In this document: in pieces, positions 7,505-16,318 of the stretch
Layout of the letters: every line of letters begins with the position of its first letter
Position numbering within the stretch: the stretch's first letter is position 1
NCBI RefSeq assembly: GCF_000021865.1
Contig: NC_014034.1
Span: forward strand, 270,001 to 302,000
Source: Rhodobacter capsulatus SB 1003
GTDB taxonomy: Bacteria > Pseudomonadota > Alphaproteobacteria > Rhodobacterales > Rhodobacteraceae
Length of the DNA stretch: 32,000 nucleotides
Direction of reading: 5' to 3'
The notes under the pieces: generated by a model
Database searches by the model: none
What the model was told of the DNA's origin: nothing
What the model saw: only the letters and a program-made list of their open reading frames with translations
Made by a program: the position numbers and the translations under genes

Positions 7505-8686
7505 ATGACCGAGCCGACTTCCCCGATCACCCAAGACGTGCTGACCCTGCCGCGCAAGCTGCCCGAGGGCGGCAAGGTCAATCTGGTCGGCCTGACCCGC
7601 GACCAGCTGCGCGATGCGCTGATCGCCGCGGGCACGCCCGAGAAACAGGCGAAGATGCGGGTCGGTCAGGTCTGGCAATGGATCTATCACTGGGGCGTGC
7701 GCGATTTCGGCGCGATGACCAATCTGGCAAAAGACTACCGCGCGCTGCTCGATCGTCATTTCGAAATCGCGCTGCCCGAGGTGGTGACCTGTCAGGTCTC
7801 GATGGATGGCACCCGGAAGTATCTTTTGCGCATCGCCGGCGGGCATGAGGTCGAGGCCGTCTACATCCCCGAGGAAAACCGCGGCACGCTCTGCATTTCC
7901 TCTCAGGTCGGCTGCACGCTGACCTGTTCCTTCTGCCATACCGGGACGCAGAAACTGGTGCGCAACCTGACCGCGGGGGAAATCGTCGGCCAGGTGATGG
8001 TGGCGCGCGACGATCTGGGCGAATGGCCGGTGCCGGGCGAGCCGAAGGATGAAACCCGGCTGATCTCGAACGTCGTGCTGATGGGCATGGGCGAGCCGCT
8101 TTACAATTTCGAAAACGTCCGCGACGCGATGCAGGTCGTCATGGACAACGAGGGGCTGACGCTGAGCCGTCGCCGGATCACGCTCTCCACCTCGGGCGTC
8201 GTGCCCGAAATCGCCCGCACGGCCGAGGAGATCGGCTGCCTGCTGGCGATTTCCTTCCACGCCACCACCGATGCGGTGCGCGACAAGCTGGTGCCGGTGA
8301 ACAAGAAATGGAACATCAAGACGCTGCTTGATGCCCTGCGCGACTATCCGCGGCTGTCGAATTCCGAGCGGATCACCTTTGAATATGTCATGCTCAAGGG
8401 CGTGAACGACAGCGACGACGACGCGCGCCGTCTGGTGCGGCTCATTCAGGGCATCCCGGCGAAGATCAACCTGATCCCCTTCAACGAATGGCCCGGCTCG
8501 CCCTATAAGCGCAGCGACTGGGAGCGGATCGAGGCCTTTGCCGATATCGTCTACAAGGCCGGGTATGCCGCGCCGATCCGCACGCCGCGGGGCGAGGATA
8601 TCATGGCCGCCTGCGGGCAGCTGAAATCCGCCACCGAACGGGCGCGGAAATCCAAGGCCGAGATCGACGCCGAAACGGGTCTTTAG
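7505..8686 (+). CDS. rlmN: 23S rRNA/tRNA adenine-C2 methyltransferase, radical SAM
   Basis: Radical-SAM cluster motif [11 protein letters not shown], a C-terminal catalytic Cys (MAACGQL), and overall RlmN layout. The start at 7505 gives 393 aa, typical for RlmN; the track ORF begins at 7436. Confidence 0.92.
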   Translation: MTEPTSPITQDVLTLPRKLPEGGKVNLVGLTRDQLRDALIAAGTPEKQAKMRVGQVWQWIYHWGVRDFGAMTNLAKDYRALLDRHFEIALPEVVTCQVSMDGTRKYLLRIAGGHEVEAVYIPEENRGTLCISSQVGCTLTCSFCHTGTQKLVRNLTAGEIVGQVMVARDDLGEWPVPGEPKDETRLISNVVLMGMGEPLYNFENVRDAMQVVMDNEGLTLSRRRITLSTSGVVPEIARTAEEIGCLLAISFHATTDAVRDKLVPVNKKWNIKTLLDALRDYPRLSNSERITFEYVMLKGVNDSDDDARRLVRLIQGIPAKINLIPFNEWPGSPYKRSDWERIEAFADIVYKAGYAAPIRTPRGEDIMAACGQLKSATERARKSKAEIDAETGL

Positions 8687-8701
8687 ATCCCCGCCGTCGC
8701 A

Positions 8702-8761
8702 AAGGGCGTATTTGCGCCAAGAAAAAACCAGCCAGCTTTTTCTTGGTCCAAATACGCCCTT
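8702..8761. repeat. 60-bp inverted repeat (25-nt arms), likely bidirectional terminator; related to the family-2 core
   Basis: AAGGGCGTATTTGCGCCAAGAAAAA / TTTTTCTTGGTCCAAATACGCCCTT with 2 arm mismatches and a 10-nt loop. Lies between the convergent rlmN (+) and LOG-family (-) stops. The core TATTTGCGCCAAG.AAA resembles GGGATATTTGCACCAAGGTGAAAG at 30688. Confidence 0.65.
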
Positions 8762-8767
8762 GCGTCC

Positions 8768-9598
8768 TCAGTCCCGGTCGTGCCCGTTGGCCCAGGTCTC
8801 GATCACCTCCACCGCTTCCTCGGCGGTTTCGACGAAGCTGATCAGCCTGATGTCCTCGGCGGCGATCGTGCCCGCCTCGGCCAGATAGTCCCAATCGACG
8901 ACGCGGCGCCAGAATTCCGCGCCAAACAGGATCAGCGGGATGCGTTTCATCCGCCGGGTCTGGATCAGCGTCAGAGTCTCGAACATCTCATCGAGCGTGC
9001 CGAAGCCGCCCGGAAAGACGCAGACCGCTTTCGCCCGCATCAGGAAATGCATCTTGCGGATGGCGAAATAGTGGAAGTTGAAGCACAGATCCGGCGTCAC
9101 ATAGGCATTCGGCGCCTGTTCATGCGGCAAGACGATGTTGAGCCCGATCGACTGTCCCCCGGCCTCGTGGGCGCCGCGGTTGCCCGCCTCCATCACGCCC
9201 GGGCCGCCGCCGGTGCAGATCACCCATTCCCGCCCGTAAGCCGCCATCGAGCGTTCCGTCATCATCCGCGCGAAGGTCCGCGCCTCGTCGTAATAGCGGC
9301 TGAGTTCGGCCAGAACCGGGGTTTTCGCCGTGTCCTTGCGCGCCGGTTCCGGGATGCGGGCGCCGCCGAACAGCACCACCGTGCTTTCCACGCCGCGTTC
9401 ATCCATGATCAGCTGCGGCTTGAGCAGTTCCAGCTGCAGCCGCACCGGGCGCAATTCCTCGCGCATCATGAAGCCGCCATCGGTGAAAGCGAGCTTGTAG
9501 GCGGGCGCCCGCGTCTGTGCGGTGGCGGGGATGTCCTGCGCCGTTTTTGCATCCATGATGCTGTCACGGAACGGGTGGGAACGGCTTTCGTCTTTCAT
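8768..9598 (-). CDS. LOG-family / TIGR00730 Rossmann-fold nucleotide nucleosidase-like protein
   Basis: Motifs TGGGPGVMEAGNRGA and PGGFGTLDE are LOG hallmarks. Start placed at the ATG at 9598 (alternative 9556). The track ORF upstream of this point is low complexity and overlaps dapD antisense. Confidence 0.85.
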   Translation of the reverse strand: MKDESRSHPFRDSIMDAKTAQDIPATAQTRAPAYKLAFTDGGFMMREELRPVRLQLELLKPQLIMDERGVESTVVLFGGARIPEPARKDTAKTPVLAELSRYYDEARTFARMMTERSMAAYGREWVICTGGGPGVMEAGNRGAHEAGGQSIGLNIVLPHEQAPNAYVTPDLCFNFHYFAIRKMHFLMRAKAVCVFPGGFGTLDEMFETLTLIQTRRMKRIPLILFGAEFWRRVVDWDYLAEAGTIAAEDIRLISFVETAEEAVEVIETWANGHDRD

Positions 9599-9677
9599 AT
9601 CCTGCTCATTGCGCGAGGGGCTTTCCCCAACTATAGGGGGAAAACCCATGAATGCCACTTGAAAGAGGACCGTTCCG

Positions 9678-10505
<828 letters not shown>

Positions 10506-10507
10506 TC

Positions 10508-10762
10508 ATGCTGTTGTCGCTGGGCGCCAGGGTGGTCGATGCGGTGCGCGGGGCGGCCCTGCCGCAACCTTTGCGCTTTGTGCTGATGGTGGCCGATCTG
10601 GCGATCCTCGGGCTTGCGACGCCGTTCGTGCTGACGCTTCTGGGCGAGATGGCGAAGGCGGCAGAGCCGGGGCAATGGTGGCCCGGCGCCGCCATCGGGC
10701 TTTATGTGCTGGTCGCGGCCTGGCTGGCCGTGACCTCGCTGCGGTCCTTGCGCCGCGGCTGA
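10508..10762 (+). CDS. Small hypothetical membrane protein (84 aa, two predicted TM helices)
   Basis: ATG 2 nt after the dapD stop (TGATCATG). Codon third positions are GC-rich like neighbouring genes. Two hydrophobic stretches (FVLMVADLAILGLATPFVLTLLG and AIGLYVLVAAWLAVTSL). No family recognised. Confidence 0.55.
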   Translation: MLLSLGARVVDAVRGAALPQPLRFVLMVADLAILGLATPFVLTLLGEMAKAAEPGQWWPGAAIGLYVLVAAWLAVTSLRSLRRG

Positions 10763-10775
10763 GAAGGGAAAACAG

Positions 10776-11129
10776 ATGACCGAGACGGCCGAGAAACCGG
10801 AAAAGGCGAAACGCCCGCAGCAGGTCTATACGCTGCTCGTGGAGGTGGGGCGGTCGGCCAATGACGGGCTGCCCAAGGGGTCCACCGGCGCGGGGCTCTT
10901 GTGCTATGCCTCGGGCGTCGACGAGGCCGAGGCCGTGCGCGAAACCGTGGCGATCCTGAAACAGGCCGAGATGGCGCCTTTGGACGTGACCGGCTACGGC
11001 ACTTTGGCCGAGCGCGAAAAGGCGGGTGACGAGATCGACGCCGCCGAGAAAGAGCTGATGCAACGGGCGCTGGATGAAAATTCGGTCGTCGTGGCGCAGA
11101 TGACGCCCTTTTACGACGCGAAGGCCTGA
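10776..11129 (+). CDS. Hypothetical acidic cytoplasmic protein (117 aa)
   Basis: GAAGGGAAA lies upstream of the ATG and codon usage is gene-like. No domain recognised from sequence. Confidence 0.65.
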   Translation: MTETAEKPEKAKRPQQVYTLLVEVGRSANDGLPKGSTGAGLLCYASGVDEAEAVRETVAILKQAEMAPLDVTGYGTLAEREKAGDEIDAAEKELMQRALDENSVVVAQMTPFYDAKA

Positions 11130-11199
11130 GCCAAAGCCGGTTTGCGCGACGGCCATTGCCTGCTAGACTGTTTGCAAAGAACGAACAGTCGGGCAGGCC

Positions 11200-12459
11200 A
11201 TGAAACACGCGTTGAAACCACTTCTTGTCACCCTTCTGGCCTTTTCGGCGCTGACCGCCTGCGGCGGGCCGCTGGATCGGGGGGGCGTTTCCATGAACAC
11301 GATCGAAGAGATCCCGCCCGTCGATGCCGCGACGCAGGCGGGGATGGATGCCTGGGTCGCGGGCTTCAAGCCCCGCGCGATGGCGGCGGGGATTTCCGAA
11401 GCCACTTGGAACCGCGCGATGCGGAACGTGCCCTATAACCCGAAGGTGATCGAGCGGCAGCAGTTTCAGGCCGAATTCGTCAAGCCGATCTGGGATTACA
11501 TGGACAGCGCGGCGTCGGAGGAACGCATCGCCAATGGCCGGGCGGCGCTGGCGCAATATGACGGCGTGCTGCGCGAGATCGAGGCCCGCTATGGCGTTGA
11601 CAAGGAAGTGGTCGTCGCCGTCTGGGGCATGGAAAGCCGCTATGGCGCCAAGCGCGGCAACACCCTGATCATCCCGGCGCTGGCGACCTTGGCGCATGAC
11701 GGGCGGCGGGCGCAGTTCTTCGAAAGCCAGTTGATCGGCGCCTTGAAGATCCTGCAGGCGGGCGACATCGACCCGGGCCACATGACCGGATCCTGGGCCG
11801 GGGCGATGGGGCATACGCAGTTCATCCCGACCTCTTACCTCGCCTTTGCGGTCGATTTCACCGGCGATGGCAAGCGCGACATCTGGTCGGACAATCCGGC
11901 CGATGCGCTGGCCTCCACCGCGGCCTATCTGGCGCGGTCGGGCTGGTCGAAGGGGCAGCCCTGGGCGGTGGAGGTCTCCCTGCCCGAGGGCTTCGATGTG
12001 GGGCTGGCGGGCAAGGGCACGAAGCGGTCGCCCGCCGACTGGGCGGCGCTGGGCGTGCGCGGCGTGAAGGGCGGGGTGGTGCCGAATTACGGATCGGCCT
12101 CGATCCTTTTGCCCGCGGGGCCGCAGGGTCCGGCGCTGATGATCTTTGGCAATTTCACCGCGATTTCGCGGTATAACAATGCCGATGCCTATGTGATGGG
12201 GGTCGGCCATCTGTCCGACCGGCTGAAGGGGCAGGGGCCGTTCGTGCATCCCTGGCCGCGCGAAGGCCGGGCGCTGACCGATGCCGAAAAGGTCGAGGTG
12301 CAGCGGCTTCTGACCGCGCAGGGCTATGACACCAAGGGCACGGATGGGCTGATCGGCGCGGGCACGATCGGCGCGGTGATGGATTATCAGCGCGACCACG
12401 GCATGACCCCGAACGGCTGGGTGACGATCAAGCTTCTGGAAAGCCTGCGCAAAGGTTGA
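11200..12459 (+). CDS. Lytic murein transglycosylase (MltB-like) lipoprotein with C-terminal peptidoglycan-binding domain
   Basis: Lipobox LTAC-G, transglycosylase core (WGMESRYG, GAMGHTQFIP), and a C-terminal PG_binding_1-like repeat (DGLIGAGTIGAVMDYQRDHGMTPNG). Confidence 0.9.
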   Translation: MKHALKPLLVTLLAFSALTACGGPLDRGGVSMNTIEEIPPVDAATQAGMDAWVAGFKPRAMAAGISEATWNRAMRNVPYNPKVIERQQFQAEFVKPIWDYMDSAASEERIANGRAALAQYDGVLREIEARYGVDKEVVVAVWGMESRYGAKRGNTLIIPALATLAHDGRRAQFFESQLIGALKILQAGDIDPGHMTGSWAGAMGHTQFIPTSYLAFAVDFTGDGKRDIWSDNPADALASTAAYLARSGWSKGQPWAVEVSLPEGFDVGLAGKGTKRSPADWAALGVRGVKGGVVPNYGSASILLPAGPQGPALMIFGNFTAISRYNNADAYVMGVGHLSDRLKGQGPFVHPWPREGRALTDAEKVEVQRLLTAQGYDTKGTDGLIGAGTIGAVMDYQRDHGMTPNGWVTIKLLESLRKG

Positions 12460-12460
12460 T

Positions 12461-12672
12461 CTGGCCGAGGCCATCGCCGAGGCCCTGCGGGACATCAGCC
12501 CCGTGACCGCCGGAGGCCCAAAGGCCCTCGGCCAGCGCCCGCCCCGCCCATGGCGGGCGCTTCTCGCCCGCCGGGACGGGCGCCGGCCTCTGTTCCCGCG
12601 TGAGACAACCGGTCTTGTGGCAATGCTGCGCCGCGGGCGGGGAAACGCCTTGCGTTTCCTTCTCCGCCCGAA
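12461..12672 (+). repeat. Family-1 ~210-bp multi-hairpin intergenic repeat, copy C
   Basis: Starts 1 nt after the mltB-like stop (12459) and ends about 9 nt before the nnrU-family stop (12682). The first ~120 nt differ from copy B at about 8 positions by eye. The terminal hairpin carries a compensatory change (GGAAACGC-CTT-GCGTTTCC). Confidence 0.9.
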
Positions 12673-12681
12673 CCGGCCGGT

Positions 12682-13365
12682 TTACGGCACCGGGCTGATC
12701 CCGATCACCAGCTCATGCAGATGAAAGACCGCCGCCCAGGCGAAGACGGCGATGGCGAGCCGGAGCGCTGACGGCCGCCCCCGCGGGCGCCAGCGGCCGG
12801 TCAGAAGCGCGGCAAAGGGGATCAGGCTGGTCCGCGCCGCAAGACGGTTGAACTCGGCCAGACCGATGCGGCGGATCAGACGCTTTTCCATCGCCCGCAT
12901 CCCGATCAGCGAAAACACCAGAAACACCCCGAACAGGATCGCATGCGCCAGATCGCCGTTCACCAAAAGATGCGCCGCCGCCCAAAGCACCAGCGCCCAG
13001 AGGAACGGTTGCCGCGTGATCCCCGCGATGCCCGGCCGGTCGGGGTCGAAGCCGCTCGCCCGCCCCTCGAAGGCGAAGGGGTTCGGCGCGGCGATCGCAT
13101 AGCTTGAAATCAGGATCACCAGCGGCATCACGATATTCGCGACCCAGCGCATCCAGATCTCTTGCGGCCAGAGTTCGATGAAAGGCGCCCGGGCGGCGGC
13201 CAGGATCAGCCAGTACAGCAACCCCAGCGCAAGGAGGCCAAAGGCGATGCCGTAGCCCGCGCGCCCAAGCGCGGCGACCAGCGGCGCCTTGATCCGCGGC
13301 GTGGCCGGGATCAGATGGGTCGCCATGAAGGCAAGGCCCGCCGCGGAAAACTCAAGCCAATCCAT
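12682..13365 (-). CDS. NnrU-family membrane protein
   Basis: 227 aa polytopic protein. N-terminus FMATHLIPATP and a WAAAHLLVNGD motif are typical of NnrU. Confidence 0.85.
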   Translation of the reverse strand: MDWLEFSAAGLAFMATHLIPATPRIKAPLVAALGRAGYGIAFGLLALGLLYWLILAAARAPFIELWPQEIWMRWVANIVMPLVILISSYAIAAPNPFAFEGRASGFDPDRPGIAGITRQPFLWALVLWAAAHLLVNGDLAHAILFGVFLVFSLIGMRAMEKRLIRRIGLAEFNRLAARTSLIPFAALLTGRWRPRGRPSALRLAIAVFAWAAVFHLHELVIGISPVP

Positions 13366-13368
13366 CGC

Positions 13369-14232
13369 TTACCTTTGTTTCGACAGCTGCACGGCCAGAA
13401 TGCCGCCGGTGATGATGACGACGCCCAGCAGATCCGGCAGGCCCAGCCGTTCGCCCAGCACCGCGGCCGCGATGGCGACGCCGAAGAACGGGTTGAGGAA
13501 ATGGAAGGTCGCGGCCTTGACCGCGCCGATCCGTCCAACGAGCCGGAACCAGATCCAGGTCGCCAGCAGCCCGGGGATCAGCGTCGTGTAAAGGAAGGCC
13601 AGCACGAGCCGGGTCGAGGGCACCACCTCCCAGGTTTCGGTCAGCGCCGACACCACCGCCAGCACCGCGGCCCCCACCAGCATCTGCAGGCCGACGATCA
13701 TCAGCACATTGCCGCCCGAAGACGCGCCCCGCACCGAGAGCGTGGCGATCGACAGCGCCAGAGCCGCGGCGAAGCAAAGGCTCAGCCCGACCGGATCGAC
13801 CCCGCCCGAGAGCCGCGCCCCCATGATGATCGCCACGCCGATCACCCCCGCCACCAGCCCGGCCAGGCCGAGCGGCCGCACCGTGTCGCCGTAAACGACG
13901 CGGCCCAGAAGCGCCACCATCAGCGGCATCGTCGAGGCGACGATCGAGGCGACCGAGGCCTGCACCCATTGCATCGCGACGAAATTGAGCCCGAGATAAA
14001 GCGCGTTCTGGCACAGGCCGAAAATCAGCGTCGCCTTCCATTGCGGGCGCGTCAGCCGCCAGCTTTGCCCCAGCGCCAGCGCGATGGCGACGCCCAGGCC
14101 CCCCGAGATCAGGAACCGCGCCGAGAGCGCCAGCAGCGGCGGCGCCTCGGCCACGATCATCCGGGCCGAGGTGAAGGCCGATGACCACATCAGCGCGAAG
14201 GCAAGGCCCATGACGATGGCGCGCAGATCCAT
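13369..14232 (-). CDS. DMT-superfamily (EamA-like) transporter
   Basis: About 10 TM segments in two EamA-type halves (LMWSSAFTSAR...). Start set at the ATG at 14232; the track ORF upstream of it is non-hydrophobic and Arg-rich. Confidence 0.85.
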   Translation of the reverse strand: MDLRAIVMGLAFALMWSSAFTSARMIVAEAPPLLALSARFLISGGLGVAIALALGQSWRLTRPQWKATLIFGLCQNALYLGLNFVAMQWVQASVASIVASTMPLMVALLGRVVYGDTVRPLGLAGLVAGVIGVAIIMGARLSGGVDPVGLSLCFAAALALSIATLSVRGASSGGNVLMIVGLQMLVGAAVLAVVSALTETWEVVPSTRLVLAFLYTTLIPGLLATWIWFRLVGRIGAVKAATFHFLNPFFGVAIAAAVLGERLGLPDLLGVVIITGGILAVQLSKQR

Positions 14233-14290
14233 TCCGTTCCCCCTGTCGGTGCGATTTCGAACAGCCAGAGCCGGAAACCGCCGCTTCCGA

Positions 14291-14319
14291 CAAGATAAAA
14301 CCTGTATGCGATACAGGTT
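14291..14319 (-). terminator. Intrinsic terminator (second of two) downstream of the HU gene
   Basis: Minus strand reads AACCTGTAT-CGC-ATACAGGTT (perfect 9-bp stem) running into TTTTATCTTG. Confidence 0.55.
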
Positions 14320-14346
14320 CTTCGCCCCGGGGCGGGTCCGGCCATG

Positions 14347-14377
14347 CAAAAGGCCGCCCTGCAGAGGCAGAGCGGCC
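14347..14377 (-). terminator. Intrinsic terminator-like hairpin immediately downstream of the HU gene
   Basis: Minus strand reads GGCCGCTCTGC-CTCT-GCAGGGCGGCC (11-bp stem, one mismatch) followed by TTTTG. Confidence 0.5.
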
Positions 14378-14409
14378 CGAATTCCGGCACCCTTGCGGGG
14401 CCTCGGGGA

Positions 14410-14697
14410 TCAGACGTTGACGCTGTCCTTGAGGGCTTTGGCGATCGTCACCTTCACCTGCTTGTCGGCCGGTTTCATCATCGTTTCCCCGGTGGCCGGG
14501 TTGCGCACCTGACGCTCCGGACGGGCCTTGCACGAGACCTTGCCGATGCCCGGCAGCGTCACCGACCCGCCCGCCGCGACTTCCTTCGTCACGACATCGG
14601 CGATGGCGTCGATGGCGGCGGTCGCGGTTTTCTTGTCCGACCCCATGGCTTCGGCAAGGGCTGCCACCAGCTGGGTCTTGGTCATCGGTTTCGACAT
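14410..14697 (-). CDS. HU-family DNA-binding protein
   Basis: 95 aa, MSKPMTKTQLVAALAE...RNPATGE..., the typical HU/IHF fold signature. GAGAGGAAG lies 5 nt upstream of the ATG at 14697. Confidence 0.9.
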   Translation of the reverse strand: MSKPMTKTQLVAALAEAMGSDKKTATAAIDAIADVVTKEVAAGGSVTLPGIGKVSCKARPERQVRNPATGETMMKPADKQVKVTIAKALKDSVNV

Positions 14698-14842
14698 GGG
14701 TCTTCCTCTCATACGCCCCGGGTGGAGGGGCCATCTTGATCCGTCTGCACGGTTTGATGCGCCCTCTAACACACGGTTTTTTCCAGCATGGCAAGCCTTT
14801 TCGGGCATGTTTTGCCGATTTTCCCGGCGTCAAGGCAGCGCA

Positions 14843-16318
14843 TCAAAGGAAGGCTGTTTCGTCGAAAGACCGCAGTTTCCGGCTGTGGATTCGCTCCAGC
14901 GGCATGGCCCGCAGCTTCTCCATCGCGCGCACGCCGATCAGCAGATGGCTGGCCACCTGGGTGCGGTAAAACTCGGTCGCCATGCCCGGAAGTTTCAATT
15001 CTCCGTGCAGCGGCTTGTCCGAAACACAGAGCAGCGTGCCATAGGGAACGCGGAAGCGGAACCCGTTCGCGGCGATGGTGGCGCTTTCCATGTCGAGCGC
15101 CACGGCCCGGCTTTGATTGAGCCGTTGCACCGGGCCGGACTGGTCGCGCAGCTCCCAGTTGCGGTTGTCGATCGTCGCCACCGTGCCCGTGCGCATGATC
15201 CGTTTCAGCTCGTAGCCCTCCAGCCGGGTGATCTCGGCCACGGCTTCCTGCAACGCCACCTGCACCTCGGCGAGCGCCGGGATCGGCACCCAGACCGGCA
15301 GATCGTCATCGAGCACATGGTCTTCGCGCAGGTAGGCATGGGCCAGAACGAAATCGCCCAGGGATTGCGAGTTGCGCAGCCCTGCACAATGGCCGACCAT
15401 CAGCCAGGCATGCGGGCGCAGCACCGCGATATGATCGGTCGCGGTCTTGGCGTTCGAGGGCCCGACGCCGATATTGACCAAGGTAATGCCGTTCCCGTCC
15501 GGCCGCTTGAGGTGATAGGTCGGCATCTGCGGCAGCTTCGCCAAGGGCGGGATCACGCCCTCGGCGGTGGTGATTTCCACATTCCCGGGCGCGACGAAAC
15601 TGCTGTAACCCTGCGCCGGATCGGCCAGCATCTGCCGCGCGACTTTCTCGAATTCGTCGACGTAGAACTGGTAGTTGGTGAAGAGCACATGGTTCTGGAA
15701 ATGCTCGGGCGCCGTCGCGGTGTAATGCGAGAGCCGGGCAAGCGAGTAATCGACCCGTTGCGCGGTAAAGGGCGCCAGATGCCCCGATCCATCCGGGTTC
15801 GGCTTCGCCGTGCCGTTCACGATATCGTCGTTCATGCTTTCGAGCGACGGCACGTCAAAGACATCGCGCAGCGAAATCGTCAGCGCGCCTTCCTGCGGGA
15901 TCGTCACCTCGGGCTGACCGGCCACGGCGAAATGCACCGGGATCGGCGTGTCCGAGGGGCCGATCTGCACCGGCACCCCATGGTTGCGCATCAAAAGCCC
16001 GATCTGCTGCGTCAGGTAATTGCGGAACAGATCGGGGCGGGTGATCGTCGCGACCTTGGTCCCGGGGGACGACACATGGCCGAAGCTCAGCCGGCTGTCG
16101 GCCTTCAGATGCGAGGTGACGGTGATCCGCACCTCGGGGTAAAAGGCGCGAAAGCGGGTATCGGCGCGGCCATTGGCCAGAACCTCGTTGAACTTCTGCA
16201 ACAGAAATCCGGTCGCCTCGGCGTAAAGCTGTTCCAGCCGGGCCACGGCGGCGGCCGGATCGGTGAATGTGTCATGCGCGGACGGCGGCGGGGTCAGGAT
16301 CGTCACGGGATCATTCAT
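14843..16318 (-). CDS. amn: AMP nucleosidase
   Basis: 491 aa. N-terminal regulatory domain plus a PNP/UDP-type catalytic domain with the Amn-like length and motif layout. The ATG overlaps the upstream ade stop (ATGA). Confidence 0.9.
   Translation of the reverse strand: MNDPVTILTPPPSAHDTFTDPAAAVARLEQLYAEATGFLLQKFNEVLANGRADTRFRAFYPEVRITVTSHLKADSRLSFGHVSSPGTKVATITRPDLFRNYLTQQIGLLMRNHGVPVQIGPSDTPIPVHFAVAGQPEVTIPQEGALTISLRDVFDVPSLESMNDDIVNGTAKPNPDGSGHLAPFTAQRVDYSLARLSHYTATAPEHFQNHVLFTNYQFYVDEFEKVARQMLADPAQGYSSFVAPGNVEITTAEGVIPPLAKLPQMPTYHLKRPDGNGITLVNIGVGPSNAKTATDHIAVLRPHAWLMVGHCAGLRNSQSLGDFVLAHAYLREDHVLDDDLPVWVPIPALAEVQVALQEAVAEITRLEGYELKRIMRTGTVATIDNRNWELRDQSGPVQRLNQSRAVALDMESATIAANGFRFRVPYGTLLCVSDKPLHGELKLPGMATEFYRTQVASHLLIGVRAMEKLRAMPLERIHSRKLRSFDETAFL

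Noticed and set aside
10702-12495. 597-aa minus-strand ORF over the 117-aa gene and the lytic transglycosylase
   Set aside because: Antisense to a gene with clear transglycosylase and PG-binding motifs. The translation is Arg/Pro-rich with no domain signature.
13352-14833. 493-aa minus-strand ORF in an alternative frame over the DMT transporter and HU genes
   Set aside because: It lies out of frame on the same strand as two genes with clear family signatures. The Gly/Arg/Asp-rich repetitive translation is not protein-like.
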